Below, piece by piece: positions 10,824 to 19,006 of a stretch of DNA of 64,000 bases. Under the pieces are notes generated by a model. That model saw nothing but the letters and a program-made list of their open reading frames with translations, searched no databases and was not told the DNA's origin. The position numbers and the translations under genes were made by a program. The stretch is from a bacterium. GTDB taxonomy: Bacteria > 4484-113 > JAGGVC01. Position 1 is the stretch's first letter. Each line of letters begins with the position of its first letter. The stretch covers positions 30,158 through 94,157 of the forward strand of contig JABRWB010000008.1 in the NCBI GenBank assembly GCA_039961635.1. Direction: 5' to 3'.

Positions 10824-12234
10824 GCCCGCGCTCGTCCAGCCACTTCGCGTACCACTCGCCGGGATTGGCGTAGTCGAGGGTGCTTATCAAGTCGATTTCT
10901 TTCGCAAGCGGGCCGTCCACCAGATTTTTCTCCGAATCCGCCGAATTTGCGCTCATATATGCAAGATAGCCCAGCGCGGTCGAGGCGACTTCCAATTTTG
11001 TAGCGTCGTTATTCGACTGGCCCTGGCTGGTTTTCATTGAAAGCTCCAGCGCGTCCTTGAAATCTCCTTCGGGCAGGCTTTCGATGTTTTCCAAAGTCCA
11101 AATGGCGAATGGAGCCAGCGCATCATATGAACCTCTGCCGCCTTCCGACCATCCGCGGATCAATGTCTTTATTGCATTGCACTCCGACACGACAGCGGCC
11201 GCCGCGTCCCGCAACACCTCGTCGCCGTTTGCAATCGCGATGTCGTTTGCCTCGCGTGCGCAAATTCCGATCATTACAATCGCGACAAGGCTGTATATCA
11301 TCCCGCGCGGCTCGTCGTTTTTCGCCATCCGGCATGCGGCGCGGTGGATCGAGGTAAACGGCCGCGTGTAATCGCATCCAAGCCGGGTTGCCATGGCCGC
11401 CGTTCTGCAGGCATCCTTCGCCCGAATGAAATTGGGAAGCGCAGTGCCGTATGTGCTTAGCAGGTAATACCGTTCCCCCATGGAAAGTCCCTCAAACGGC
11501 GGCTCGCCGGTCGCCAGCGCGTCGTTCCGCCACTTCACATAATCCATCGGAAACAGCTCCGGCTTGTAAAACCTCGGCGAGTCCGCGCACTTCTCGAACA
11601 GCTCCCACGCCCTGTCCAGCTCGCCCAGCCCGACGCGCTCGACGGCCTCGAAAAAAGGCAGGTATCCGTTGTCGGGATCGCCACGAGCAGCCCGCGCGTA
11701 TCCGTCCGCGATTGCGCTGTACATTTCCGGCGGCGGCGGAGTGTCGGACACCCCGCCGGTATGCTCCTCCTCGAAGGCTTTTTCCATAGACTCCCTGTCC
11801 ATCGCGGCAAGCTCGATTATCGCGGCGGAGCGCGACGGGTCAAGCTCCACTGCGCGCTCCAGGCACCGGCGGTTGAACATCGTCCTTGCGCCTCGCTCCT
11901 TGGCGAAAGAGGTTTGCGCGCGAAGCTCCCAATACTCGGGCATGTGGCCGAACCTCTCCAGATTCGCGGCCAGGTCTGCATCCAGCTTGCTTTGAATTCG
12001 GGACGCGCCGGCTGCGTGGAAATCCCCGAAGCCGAGCGACTTATCCCGGTGGTCTAGGTAGAACCTGAACAGGTCGTCAACAGTTGCGGCCGCGGCGGAA
12101 TCCAGCGCGGAGGGCGAGCCGCCGCTGTCCGAAGACGCGCCCTGGGCGCAAACTGATGCCGCCGGAGGGAAAACGAGCGCGAGAAGGATGATCGCCGCGC
12201 AAAGCGGCGGGCGGAAAGCGAATCTCCATTGCAT
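10807..12234 (-). CDS. Secreted hypothetical protein (475 aa), first gene of a minus-strand operon with 7614-10823 and the hybrid kinase
   Basis: N-terminal signal peptide MQWRFAFRPPLCAAIILLALVFPPAASVCAQG. Ordinary composition with no recognisable catalytic motif. Overlaps the downstream gene by 17 nt. Confidence 0.6.
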   Translation of the reverse strand: MQWRFAFRPPLCAAIILLALVFPPAASVCAQGASSDSGGSPSALDSAAAATVDDLFRFYLDHRDKSLGFGDFHAAGASRIQSKLDADLAANLERFGHMPEYWELRAQTSFAKERGARTMFNRRCLERAVELDPSRSAAIIELAAMDRESMEKAFEEEHTGGVSDTPPPPEMYSAIADGYARAARGDPDNGYLPFFEAVERVGLGELDRAWELFEKCADSPRFYKPELFPMDYVKWRNDALATGEPPFEGLSMGERYYLLSTYGTALPNFIRAKDACRTAAMATRLGCDYTRPFTSIHRAACRMAKNDEPRGMIYSLVAIVMIGICAREANDIAIANGDEVLRDAAAAVVSECNAIKTLIRGWSEGGRGSYDALAPFAIWTLENIESLPEGDFKDALELSMKTSQGQSNNDATKLEVASTALGYLAYMSANSADSEKNLVDGPLAKEIDLISTLDYANPGEWYAKWLDERGLAGEE

Positions 12235-12448
12235 ATTCGTGCCTCCGACAAGCGTGGTGCAATGCCGTACTTGTCCGATAAGATTTTAGCATGCGCAATT
12301 ACGCGAAGCTTCAGGAGTGCCGGCGCAATGCCGCCGCTTAATTCAAGGTCAAAATCGAGCGCAGGCAAGGCCTGCGCACTCCTGAATGGGCTTTTGGAAT
12401 ATCTTTCCTACTTCCGGTTTTCACACATTCCCCGCCATCCCGTGGTAC

Positions 12449-12470
12449 AATGTGAATGACCGTTCACATT
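12449..12470. promoter_or_regulatory. Candidate TetR-family operator: perfect 8-bp inverted repeat AATGTGAA-N6-TTCACATT just upstream of the TetR gene, overlapping a TACAAT -10-like hexamer
   Basis: aatgtgaatgaccgttcacatt. The arms are exact reverse complements. It lies 9-30 nt upstream of the most plausible TetR start (TTG 12476 or GTG 12479). Confidence 0.5.
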
Positions 12471-12478
12471 CCATTTTG

Positions 12479-13096
12479 GTGGGCGGCGGAGGAAGCTTGG
12501 CCGAGGAAAGGCTCTTGACGGACGCGCGGCGCGGCCAGATCGCCCGCGCGGCGCTCGAGATCATCACGGCGGGCGGCGTCGAGGCGCTCAGCATGGCGTC
12601 CGTCGCCGAGCGTTGCGGCATCGTGCCCTCGGCGATTTACCGCCACTTCCGCGGGCGCGACGAGATGGTCGCCGCGGCGGTTGACCACGTCGTCTCGCGC
12701 GCGCGCGCGAACGTCCGCGAGGCGGTAACGTCTTCCGGCGGCGCGCTGGACGCGCTGGAGCGGCTTTTGTACAAGCAGCTCGAACTCGTGGACGAGCTTG
12801 TGGCGATCCCGCGGATTCTATTCGCCGCGGGCGGCGGGCCTGCGGGCAATCCCGCATTCCGCAAGAAGCTGCGCCGGATGCTGTCCGGGCTTCTGGGCGA
12901 GCTTGAAAAGCTCATCCGCCGCGGCCAGGAGGCGGGCGAGATAAGGCGCGACGTCAACCCCGGCGTCGCGGCGCGTATGTACTGGGGGCTTCTTCCTACG
13001 GCGACGATTCTCACGATCCACTTCGGCCGTGACTTCGCGCGGGGCGAGTTTTCCCGCGAGGCGTGGAAGGTGGTGAGGAGGTCGCTCGAGGCGTGA
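12479..13096 (+). CDS. TetR/AcrR-family transcriptional regulator (putative repressor of the downstream efflux operon)
   Basis: HTH SMASVAERCGIVPSAIYRHFRGRDEMV sits 25 aa from the proposed start. The track ORF begins at 12386 but would then read through the palindromic operator. Start placed at GTG 12479 (TTG 12476 or TTG 12497 are alternatives). Confidence 0.8.
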   Translation: MGGGGSLAEERLLTDARRGQIARAALEIITAGGVEALSMASVAERCGIVPSAIYRHFRGRDEMVAAAVDHVVSRARANVREAVTSSGGALDALERLLYKQLELVDELVAIPRILFAAGGGPAGNPAFRKKLRRMLSGLLGELEKLIRRGQEAGEIRRDVNPGVAARMYWGLLPTATILTIHFGRDFARGEFSREAWKVVRRSLEA

Positions 13097-13110
13097 AATG
13101 AAATCGCAGC

Positions 13111-13166
13111 GGGGCGGCTTACCCGCCCCCGCCTTGGATGTGGGCGGGGGTAAATTCCCCCCCCCC
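13111..13166. repeat. REP-like GC-rich double-hairpin element, copy 1 (second copy at 44035-44085)
   Basis: ggggcggcttacccgccccc gccttggatg tgggcgggggtaaattcccccccccc, directly after the TetR stop codon. Copy 2 after ribH shares GGGGCGG-yTTACCCGCCCCC ... GTGGGCGGGG-AAA-CC. Confidence 0.55.
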
Positions 13167-13194
13167 GTACGGTTGATACTGGTGGTGATTTCCT

Positions 13195-14349
13195 ATGGCG
13201 CATCGTTTGAAATTCGTGATTCCGGTGCTTGTTATAGCCGCGGCCGCGTACTTCGTATGGAATTATCAGGCGAACAAGGCGCAGACCGGGAACGGTTCAA
13301 TTAAAATATCCGGCAACATCGAGGCGACCGAGCGCGATCTTTCGTTCAAGATCGCCGGACGGGTGATTGAGCGTGCCGCGTCCGAGGGCGACCGCATCGA
13401 GCCGGGCGCGCTTGTCGCGCGTCTCGACGACGCGGAGCTTTTGGCGGACGCCGCTATCCGGCGGGCGGAATTGGAAGCCGCGCGCGCGGCGCTGGAGGAG
13501 CTTAAGGCGGGTGCGCGTCCGCAGGAAATCGCTCAAGCGGCGGCGATTGTGAAACAGGCGGACGCGAAGGTGCGCGAACTCGAATCCGGCGCGCGGCCGC
13601 AGGAGCGCGAAACCGCGGAGGCCTCGGTGCGCCAGGCGCAGGCGGAAGTGGATCGGCTGAAAGCGGATTTTGAGCGGGCGGAAAAGCTTTTTAACGAGGG
13701 CGTGATTTCGGGGCAGGCTTTCGACGCGGCGAAAACGGCGCTTACCGTCGCAACCGAGCGGCTGAAAACGGCGCAGGAGCAGCGCGATCTTGTGGAAAGC
13801 GGGCCGAAAACCGAGCAGATAGACCAGGCCAGGGCGGCGCTGTCCCAGGCAAAAGAGTCGTATTCGCTGATCAAGGCGGGGCCGCGCGCGGAGCGGATCG
13901 CGCAGGCGGAGGCGCGCGTGAAGCAGGCGGAGGAAGCGCTTTCTCTCTCGGAAACGCGGCTTGGATACGCGGCGCTCGCATCGCCCGCGGGAGGAGTGGT
14001 TGTCAGCGAGAACGTCGAGCCCGGCGAGTACGTCGTGCCGGGGACGCCGGTCGTGACGCTTGCGGAACTTGATAAGGTTTACTTGCGCGGGTTTGTTTCG
14101 GAGACGGAGCTGGGCATAGTGAAGATCGGCCAGGTCGTCAAAGTGAGCGTGGACGCGTTTCCGGGAAAGACTTTCGACGGAAAGATCGTTTTCATATCGC
14201 CCGAATCCGAGTTCACACCCAAGACTGTGCAGACGAAGGAAGAGCGCACAAAGCTCGTGTACCGGATCAAGATCGAAATCGCGAATGCGGGGGGGGAGCT
14301 GAAGCCGGGGATGCCGGCCGACGCGGCGATCGAAATTAACGGGGAATGA
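13195..14349 (+). CDS. HlyD-family periplasmic adaptor (membrane fusion protein) of an ABC-type efflux system; YbhG-like
   Basis: N-terminal TM helix VIPVLVIAAAAYFVW, long Ala/Glu/Arg-rich coiled-coil hairpin, C-terminal beta-barrel region (VKIGQVVKVSVDAFPGKTFDGKIVFISP). Confidence 0.85.
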   Translation: MAHRLKFVIPVLVIAAAAYFVWNYQANKAQTGNGSIKISGNIEATERDLSFKIAGRVIERAASEGDRIEPGALVARLDDAELLADAAIRRAELEAARAALEELKAGARPQEIAQAAAIVKQADAKVRELESGARPQERETAEASVRQAQAEVDRLKADFERAEKLFNEGVISGQAFDAAKTALTVATERLKTAQEQRDLVESGPKTEQIDQARAALSQAKESYSLIKAGPRAERIAQAEARVKQAEEALSLSETRLGYAALASPAGGVVVSENVEPGEYVVPGTPVVTLAELDKVYLRGFVSETELGIVKIGQVVKVSVDAFPGKTFDGKIVFISPESEFTPKTVQTKEERTKLVYRIKIEIANAGGELKPGMPADAAIEINGE

Positions 14350-14350
14350 A

Positions 14351-15271
14351 ATGTCAAACGCGATTGAAACATCCGCATTGCGAAAGGAATTCCCAGGCGT
14401 AGTCGCCGTGGACTCGCTTACGTTCGCGGTGCCGGAAGGCGAGATATTCGGACTCGTCGGCCCGGACGGCGCGGGAAAGACGACGACGATGCGGATGCTC
14501 GCCGCGATAATGGATCCGACAGGGGGGGACGCGCGCGTCGCCGGGCTGTCCGTGCGCAAGGACGGGGACGCGGTGAAGAACCACATCGGATATATGAGTC
14601 AGCGGTTCGGGCTGTATCCGGATCTGACCGTCATCGAAAATCTGGATTTTTACGCGGATATCTACGGAATACCGGCGCGCGGCCGCGCGGAGAAAATCGA
14701 CGCGCTGCTTTCCTTTTCCGGACTGTTGCATTTCAAGAAGCGCCAGGCCGGGCGGCTTTCCGGCGGAATGAAGCAAAAGCTGGGCCTCGCGTGCGCGCTG
14801 GTGCATACACCTAAAGTGCTGCTATTGGACGAGCCGACGAACGGGGTGGATCCGGTTTCCCGCCGCGACTTCTGGCGGATTCTTTACCGGCTGCTATCGG
14901 AAAAGGTGACGATTCTGGTTTCCACCGCGTACCTTGACGAAGCCGAGCGGTGCAACGCGATCGGGCTGATGCACAATGGAAGGATGATTGCAACCGGCGA
15001 TCCCGGCGAAGTGAAAAAACTGATGAGGGGTTCCCTGATTGTAATTTCAACCGATGATCCGCGGCGCGGCGCGTCCGTGCTCAAGCGCGCCTTGCCGGAG
15101 GACGGCGTCGGTATTTTGGGCGGCGCGGTGCACGTAACGACGAATGACTTTGCGCGGACTATGCGCGAAGCGCCCCGGATTTTGCGCGAATCCGGAATCG
15201 CTATACTGGAAATAAAGGAGGAGGAGCCGTCGCTCGAAGACGTATTCGTTTCGATGATGGCGGAATCTTAA
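14351..15271 (+). CDS. ABC transporter ATP-binding protein (ABC-2 type), first of two
   Basis: Walker A GLVGPDGAGKTTT, signature LSGGMKQKL, Walker B VLLLDEPTNGVDP, H-loop region. Confidence 0.9.
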   Translation: MSNAIETSALRKEFPGVVAVDSLTFAVPEGEIFGLVGPDGAGKTTTMRMLAAIMDPTGGDARVAGLSVRKDGDAVKNHIGYMSQRFGLYPDLTVIENLDFYADIYGIPARGRAEKIDALLSFSGLLHFKKRQAGRLSGGMKQKLGLACALVHTPKVLLLDEPTNGVDPVSRRDFWRILYRLLSEKVTILVSTAYLDEAERCNAIGLMHNGRMIATGDPGEVKKLMRGSLIVISTDDPRRGASVLKRALPEDGVGILGGAVHVTTNDFARTMREAPRILRESGIAILEIKEEEPSLEDVFVSMMAES

Positions 15272-16243
15272 TTGAACGACAATCCCGCCGCCGCGGTGCG
15301 GTTGAAAAACCTCGAAATGAAATTCGGGACATTCACCGCCGTGAACAAAATCACCCTCGAAGTCGGCACCGGCGAAATTTTCGGCTTCCTGGGGCCGAAC
15401 GGCGCGGGCAAGTCCACCACCATCCGCATGCTCTGCGGCATTCTTACTCCCACGTCGGGGGAGGGGAGAGTCGCCGGATTCGACGTGATGCGCGAGCCTG
15501 AAAAGATAAAAAAACACATCGGATACATGAGCCAGAGGTTTTCGCTTTACGAAGATCTGACTGTCGAAGAGAATATCGATTTTTACGGGGGAATTTACGG
15601 ACTCAACGGCGGCAAGCACGTCGAGCGCAAGGAATGGGCGATCGAAATGGCGGGGCTTTCGGCTCACCGCAAAAAACGCGCGAAAACGCTCGCGGGCGGA
15701 TGGAAGCAGCGGCTGGCGCTCGGCTGCGCTATTCTGCACGAGCCGCCGGTGATATTTCTCGACGAGCCGACTTCGGGCGTTGACCCGCTCACGCGCCGGC
15801 GCTTCTGGGATGTTATCTACGAACTGGCGGAGCGCGGGACGACGGTTTTCGTCACGACGCATTACATGGACGAGGCCGAATTTTGCGACAGGGTAGCGCT
15901 GATTTACCGGGGGGAGCTGATCGCGGTGGGTGCGCCGTCGGAACTCAAGAAAACCGCGATGTCCCACTCGATAATCGAAGTCGCCTGCGCGCGGCCGCAG
16001 GATTTCATCGGCGAAATTGAACAGCTTCCAAGCGTAAGCGAAGCCGCGCTTTTCGGAAGCGGGCTGCATGTCACGACGGACGATGCGGATAGGGCTGCAG
16101 CGGAAATCCGGCGATTTTTCGAAGCGCGGATAGTTCCGACGGGCAAAATAGAAAAAGTCGCGCCGTCGATGGAGGATGTATTCGTATCGCTGATCGAAGC
16201 GCGCGACAAGCGCGAAAACGACAACCGCGAGGTGGAGCGGTGA
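15272..16243 (+). CDS. ABC transporter ATP-binding protein (ABC-2 type), second of two. The pair corresponds to the two halves of E. coli YbhF.
   Basis: Walker A GFLGPNGAGKSTT, signature LAGGWKQRL, Walker B IFLDEPTSGVDP. TTG at 15272 or ATG at 15317. Confidence 0.9.
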   Translation: MNDNPAAAVRLKNLEMKFGTFTAVNKITLEVGTGEIFGFLGPNGAGKSTTIRMLCGILTPTSGEGRVAGFDVMREPEKIKKHIGYMSQRFSLYEDLTVEENIDFYGGIYGLNGGKHVERKEWAIEMAGLSAHRKKRAKTLAGGWKQRLALGCAILHEPPVIFLDEPTSGVDPLTRRRFWDVIYELAERGTTVFVTTHYMDEAEFCDRVALIYRGELIAVGAPSELKKTAMSHSIIEVACARPQDFIGEIEQLPSVSEAALFGSGLHVTTDDADRAAAEIRRFFEARIVPTGKIEKVAPSMEDVFVSLIEARDKRENDNREVER

Positions 16244-17373
16244 GCTTCAGGCGTTTCGCCGCGGTCGCCCGCAAGGAATTCCTGCATGTATTGCGGGACG
16301 CGAGGAGCTTGGCGCTTGGACTGCTTATTCCTGCAGTTTTGATTTCGCTTTTCGGATGGGCGCTGACTTTGGACGTGGACGAAGTGCCGACGGTCGTATT
16401 CGATTCCAGCGAAACTCCGCAGAGCCGCGATTTTGTTTCATACTTTGACGGAACACCCTATTTCAATATCAAGAAGTACGTTTCGAGCTACCGGGAACTG
16501 GAATGCGAGATAGACCACGCGCGCGCGCTTGTCGCCGTCGTTATTCCGCATGATTTCGCGAGCAAAATAGCTTCCGGCAGAAACGCGGAGGTGCAGATTA
16601 TCGCGGACGGGAGCGACGCGAACACCGCTACGATCGCGACCGGTTACGCGAACGCGGTCGCCGCCGCGTATTCGCAAAAAATCGTAAGCGGGTACGCTCT
16701 GCGCGCTACCGGGCGCACGATATCCGCGCCGCTGGATTTCCGTCCGCGCGCCTGGTACAACCCGGAAATGAAATCGCAGAATTACATCATCCCCGGTTTG
16801 ATCGCGGTGATAATGATGATAATCGCCGCGATACTCACCTCGCTCACGGTCGCGCGCGAATGGGAGCGCGGCACGATGGAGCAGCTTATTTCAACTCCGG
16901 TGCGCGGCCCGGAGCTTATCCTCGGAAAGCTGGTTCCGTATTTCACAATCGGGATGATGAACCTCGTTCTTGCATACCTGCTCGGCCGGTACATCTTTCA
17001 TGTTCCGATGCGCGGGAGCGTCGCGCTTCTTTTCGCGCTTTCCGCCGTCTTTCTCGCGGGCGCGCTTTCGATGGGAATGATAATAAGCATCGTCGCAAAA
17101 AACCAGATGCTTGCAAGCCAGCTTGCGATGATAACGACGTTTCTGCCGTCGTATCTTCTTTCCGGGCTGATGTTCTCGATATTCCAGATGCCTGCACCGC
17201 TTCAATATCTGTCGCACATCGTGCCCGCGATGTATTACATAAGGATTTTGCGCGGAATTTACTTGAAGGGGCTCGGCACCGAAGCGCTGCTGTCCGAAGC
17301 CGCGCTCCTGGCCGTGTTCGGCGCGATCGTGCTTTTCGTCGCCAACCGGAAATTCAGGAGGAAGCTCGATTGA
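16240..17373 (+). CDS. ABC-2 family transporter permease (YbhS/YbhR-like)
   Basis: 377 aa. GTG start overlaps the upstream stop (GTGA). Six predicted TM helices with a long periplasmic loop after TM1, typical of ABC-2 permeases. Confidence 0.85.
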   Translation: MSFRRFAAVARKEFLHVLRDARSLALGLLIPAVLISLFGWALTLDVDEVPTVVFDSSETPQSRDFVSYFDGTPYFNIKKYVSSYRELECEIDHARALVAVVIPHDFASKIASGRNAEVQIIADGSDANTATIATGYANAVAAAYSQKIVSGYALRATGRTISAPLDFRPRAWYNPEMKSQNYIIPGLIAVIMMIIAAILTSLTVAREWERGTMEQLISTPVRGPELILGKLVPYFTIGMMNLVLAYLLGRYIFHVPMRGSVALLFALSAVFLAGALSMGMIISIVAKNQMLASQLAMITTFLPSYLLSGLMFSIFQMPAPLQYLSHIVPAMYYIRILRGIYLKGLGTEALLSEAALLAVFGAIVLFVANRKFRRKLD

Positions 17374-18506
17374 TATCGCGGACGCGCATCCTCCATATGC
17401 TTCGTAAGGAGTTCATCCAGATTTTCCGCGATCCGCGGATGCGCACGATAATTTTCGTGGTGCCGCTCGTCCAGATGTTCGTCTTCGCGTACGCGGCGAC
17501 GACCGATGTCGTGAATATCCCGATGGCGGTATACGACCTTGACGGCACGCCGGCATCGCGCGAGTTGGTGTCGAAATTCGAGGGTACCGGTCTTTTCAGG
17601 ATCGCGGCGCGCATCGCCGACGAAAACCAGGCGGAAAAGCTCCTTGACCACGGAGCGGTCAGCATTGTGCTGCATATCGCGCATGGATACGGCGCCGCGC
17701 TGAAAGCCGGGAAAGCGCCGCAGGTGCAGGTACTGGTGGACGGAACGGATTCAAACACCGGCGGAGTAGTTCTCCAGTACGGTTCCAGAATAATTACGGA
17801 ATATTCGCGCGACCTTCTTGAAAGCGCGATGAAAACGCGTTACGGCGCGGCCGCGGCCGCGCCCGGCGTCACGCTTGAAACGCGCTCATGGTTCAACGAG
17901 AACCTGCACAGCAGGTGGCACTTCCTCCCCGGACTGATGATGATTCTCGTCACGCTTATCAGCCTGCTGCTTACCGGAATGGCGGTCGTGCGCGAAAAGG
18001 AAATCGGGACGATCGAGCAAATCATCGTAACTCCGATAACGCGCCTCGAGTTCATCCTCGGCAAGACGCTGCCGTTCGCGATAATCGGCTACGCGGACAT
18101 GGCGATAGTCGTCGCGGTCGCGACCGGCTGGTTCAGGTTGCCCGTGCGCGGGAACCTCTTGCTGATTGTTCTCGCGGTCGCCTGCTACCTGCTTTGCACG
18201 CTGTCCATCGGCCTGTATATTTCGACTATAAGCGAGACGCAGCAGCAGGCTCTTATGAGCACGTTCCTGTTCATGTTTCCGGCGGTATTGCTTTCGGGAT
18301 TCATGTTCCCGATCGCAAACATGCCCGAGCCGGTGCAATGGCTTACCGCAGTCAATCCGATGAGGTATTTTCTGCTGATCATCCGCACGGTGTTTTTGAA
18401 GGGAGTCGGACTGGACGTTCTATGGCCGCAGTACGCGTCGCTCTTTGCGCTCGGCATCGCCATTGCGTCGTTCGCGATATCCAGGTTCAGGAAATCAATG
18501 AACTGA
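17370..18506 (+). CDS. ABC-2 family transporter permease, second copy
   Basis: Begins at TTG 17370 (overlapping the upstream TGA) or ATG 17397 (MLRKEFIQIFRDPRMRTIIFVVPL). Paralogous to 16240-17373. The track ORF 16860-18506 is an out-of-context 5' extension in the same frame. Confidence 0.85.
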   Translation: MISRTRILHMLRKEFIQIFRDPRMRTIIFVVPLVQMFVFAYAATTDVVNIPMAVYDLDGTPASRELVSKFEGTGLFRIAARIADENQAEKLLDHGAVSIVLHIAHGYGAALKAGKAPQVQVLVDGTDSNTGGVVLQYGSRIITEYSRDLLESAMKTRYGAAAAAPGVTLETRSWFNENLHSRWHFLPGLMMILVTLISLLLTGMAVVREKEIGTIEQIIVTPITRLEFILGKTLPFAIIGYADMAIVVAVATGWFRLPVRGNLLLIVLAVACYLLCTLSIGLYISTISETQQQALMSTFLFMFPAVLLSGFMFPIANMPEPVQWLTAVNPMRYFLLIIRTVFLKGVGLDVLWPQYASLFALGIAIASFAISRFRKSMN

Positions 18507-18547
18507 CGGATGGGAGCTATAATAGTCGCGGTCTTAAGGGGGCGCGC

Positions 18548-19006
18548 ATGCTTTACTTCGCTTACGCGAGCAACTTGTTCAAGGCGCAGATGGCGGTCCG
18601 CTGCCGGCAATCCGTTCCCGTCCGCGCCGCGGTGCTTGAGGGCTACCAACTCGCTTTCGTGGGAGAGAGCGTCAGGTGGGACGGCGGGGGAACCGCAACG
18701 ATAATTCCAAAGGAAGGCGCGTCGGTGCCCGGCGCGCTGTACGAGCTTTCCGTCACGGACGAGCGCTCGCTGGATCGGTTCGAAGGGGTGCCCACGGTTT
18801 ACGACCGGCTGGAAATCGAGATAGACGGGGAAAAGGCATACACGTACATCGGGCGATCCACGGACTTCCGCCCGCCCAGTGAACGGTATCTGGACACGAT
18901 CCGCAAGGGATACCGCGACTGGGGACATCCGGAGGATCCGCTCGACGCGATTATGACTCTCGAAGATTGCGGGAACTCCGAAAAGTCCAGATTCGCGGAT
19001 CCTTAG
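18548..19006 (+). CDS. Gamma-glutamylcyclotransferase/AIG2-like family protein
   Basis: MLYFAYASNL ... SVPGALYEL ... YDRLEIEI pattern (YGSL-like N-terminus, catalytic Glu region) typical of the GGCT/AIG2 fold. 152 aa. Confidence 0.65.
   Translation: MLYFAYASNLFKAQMAVRCRQSVPVRAAVLEGYQLAFVGESVRWDGGGTATIIPKEGASVPGALYELSVTDERSLDRFEGVPTVYDRLEIEIDGEKAYTYIGRSTDFRPPSERYLDTIRKGYRDWGHPEDPLDAIMTLEDCGNSEKSRFADP

Noticed and set aside
16860-18506. 548-aa ORF spanning the end of permease 1 and all of permease 2
   Set aside because: The first 170 codons overlap permease 1 in another frame and read as Arg-rich junk. The real permease 2 starts at TTG 17370 or ATG 17397, at the upstream stop codon.
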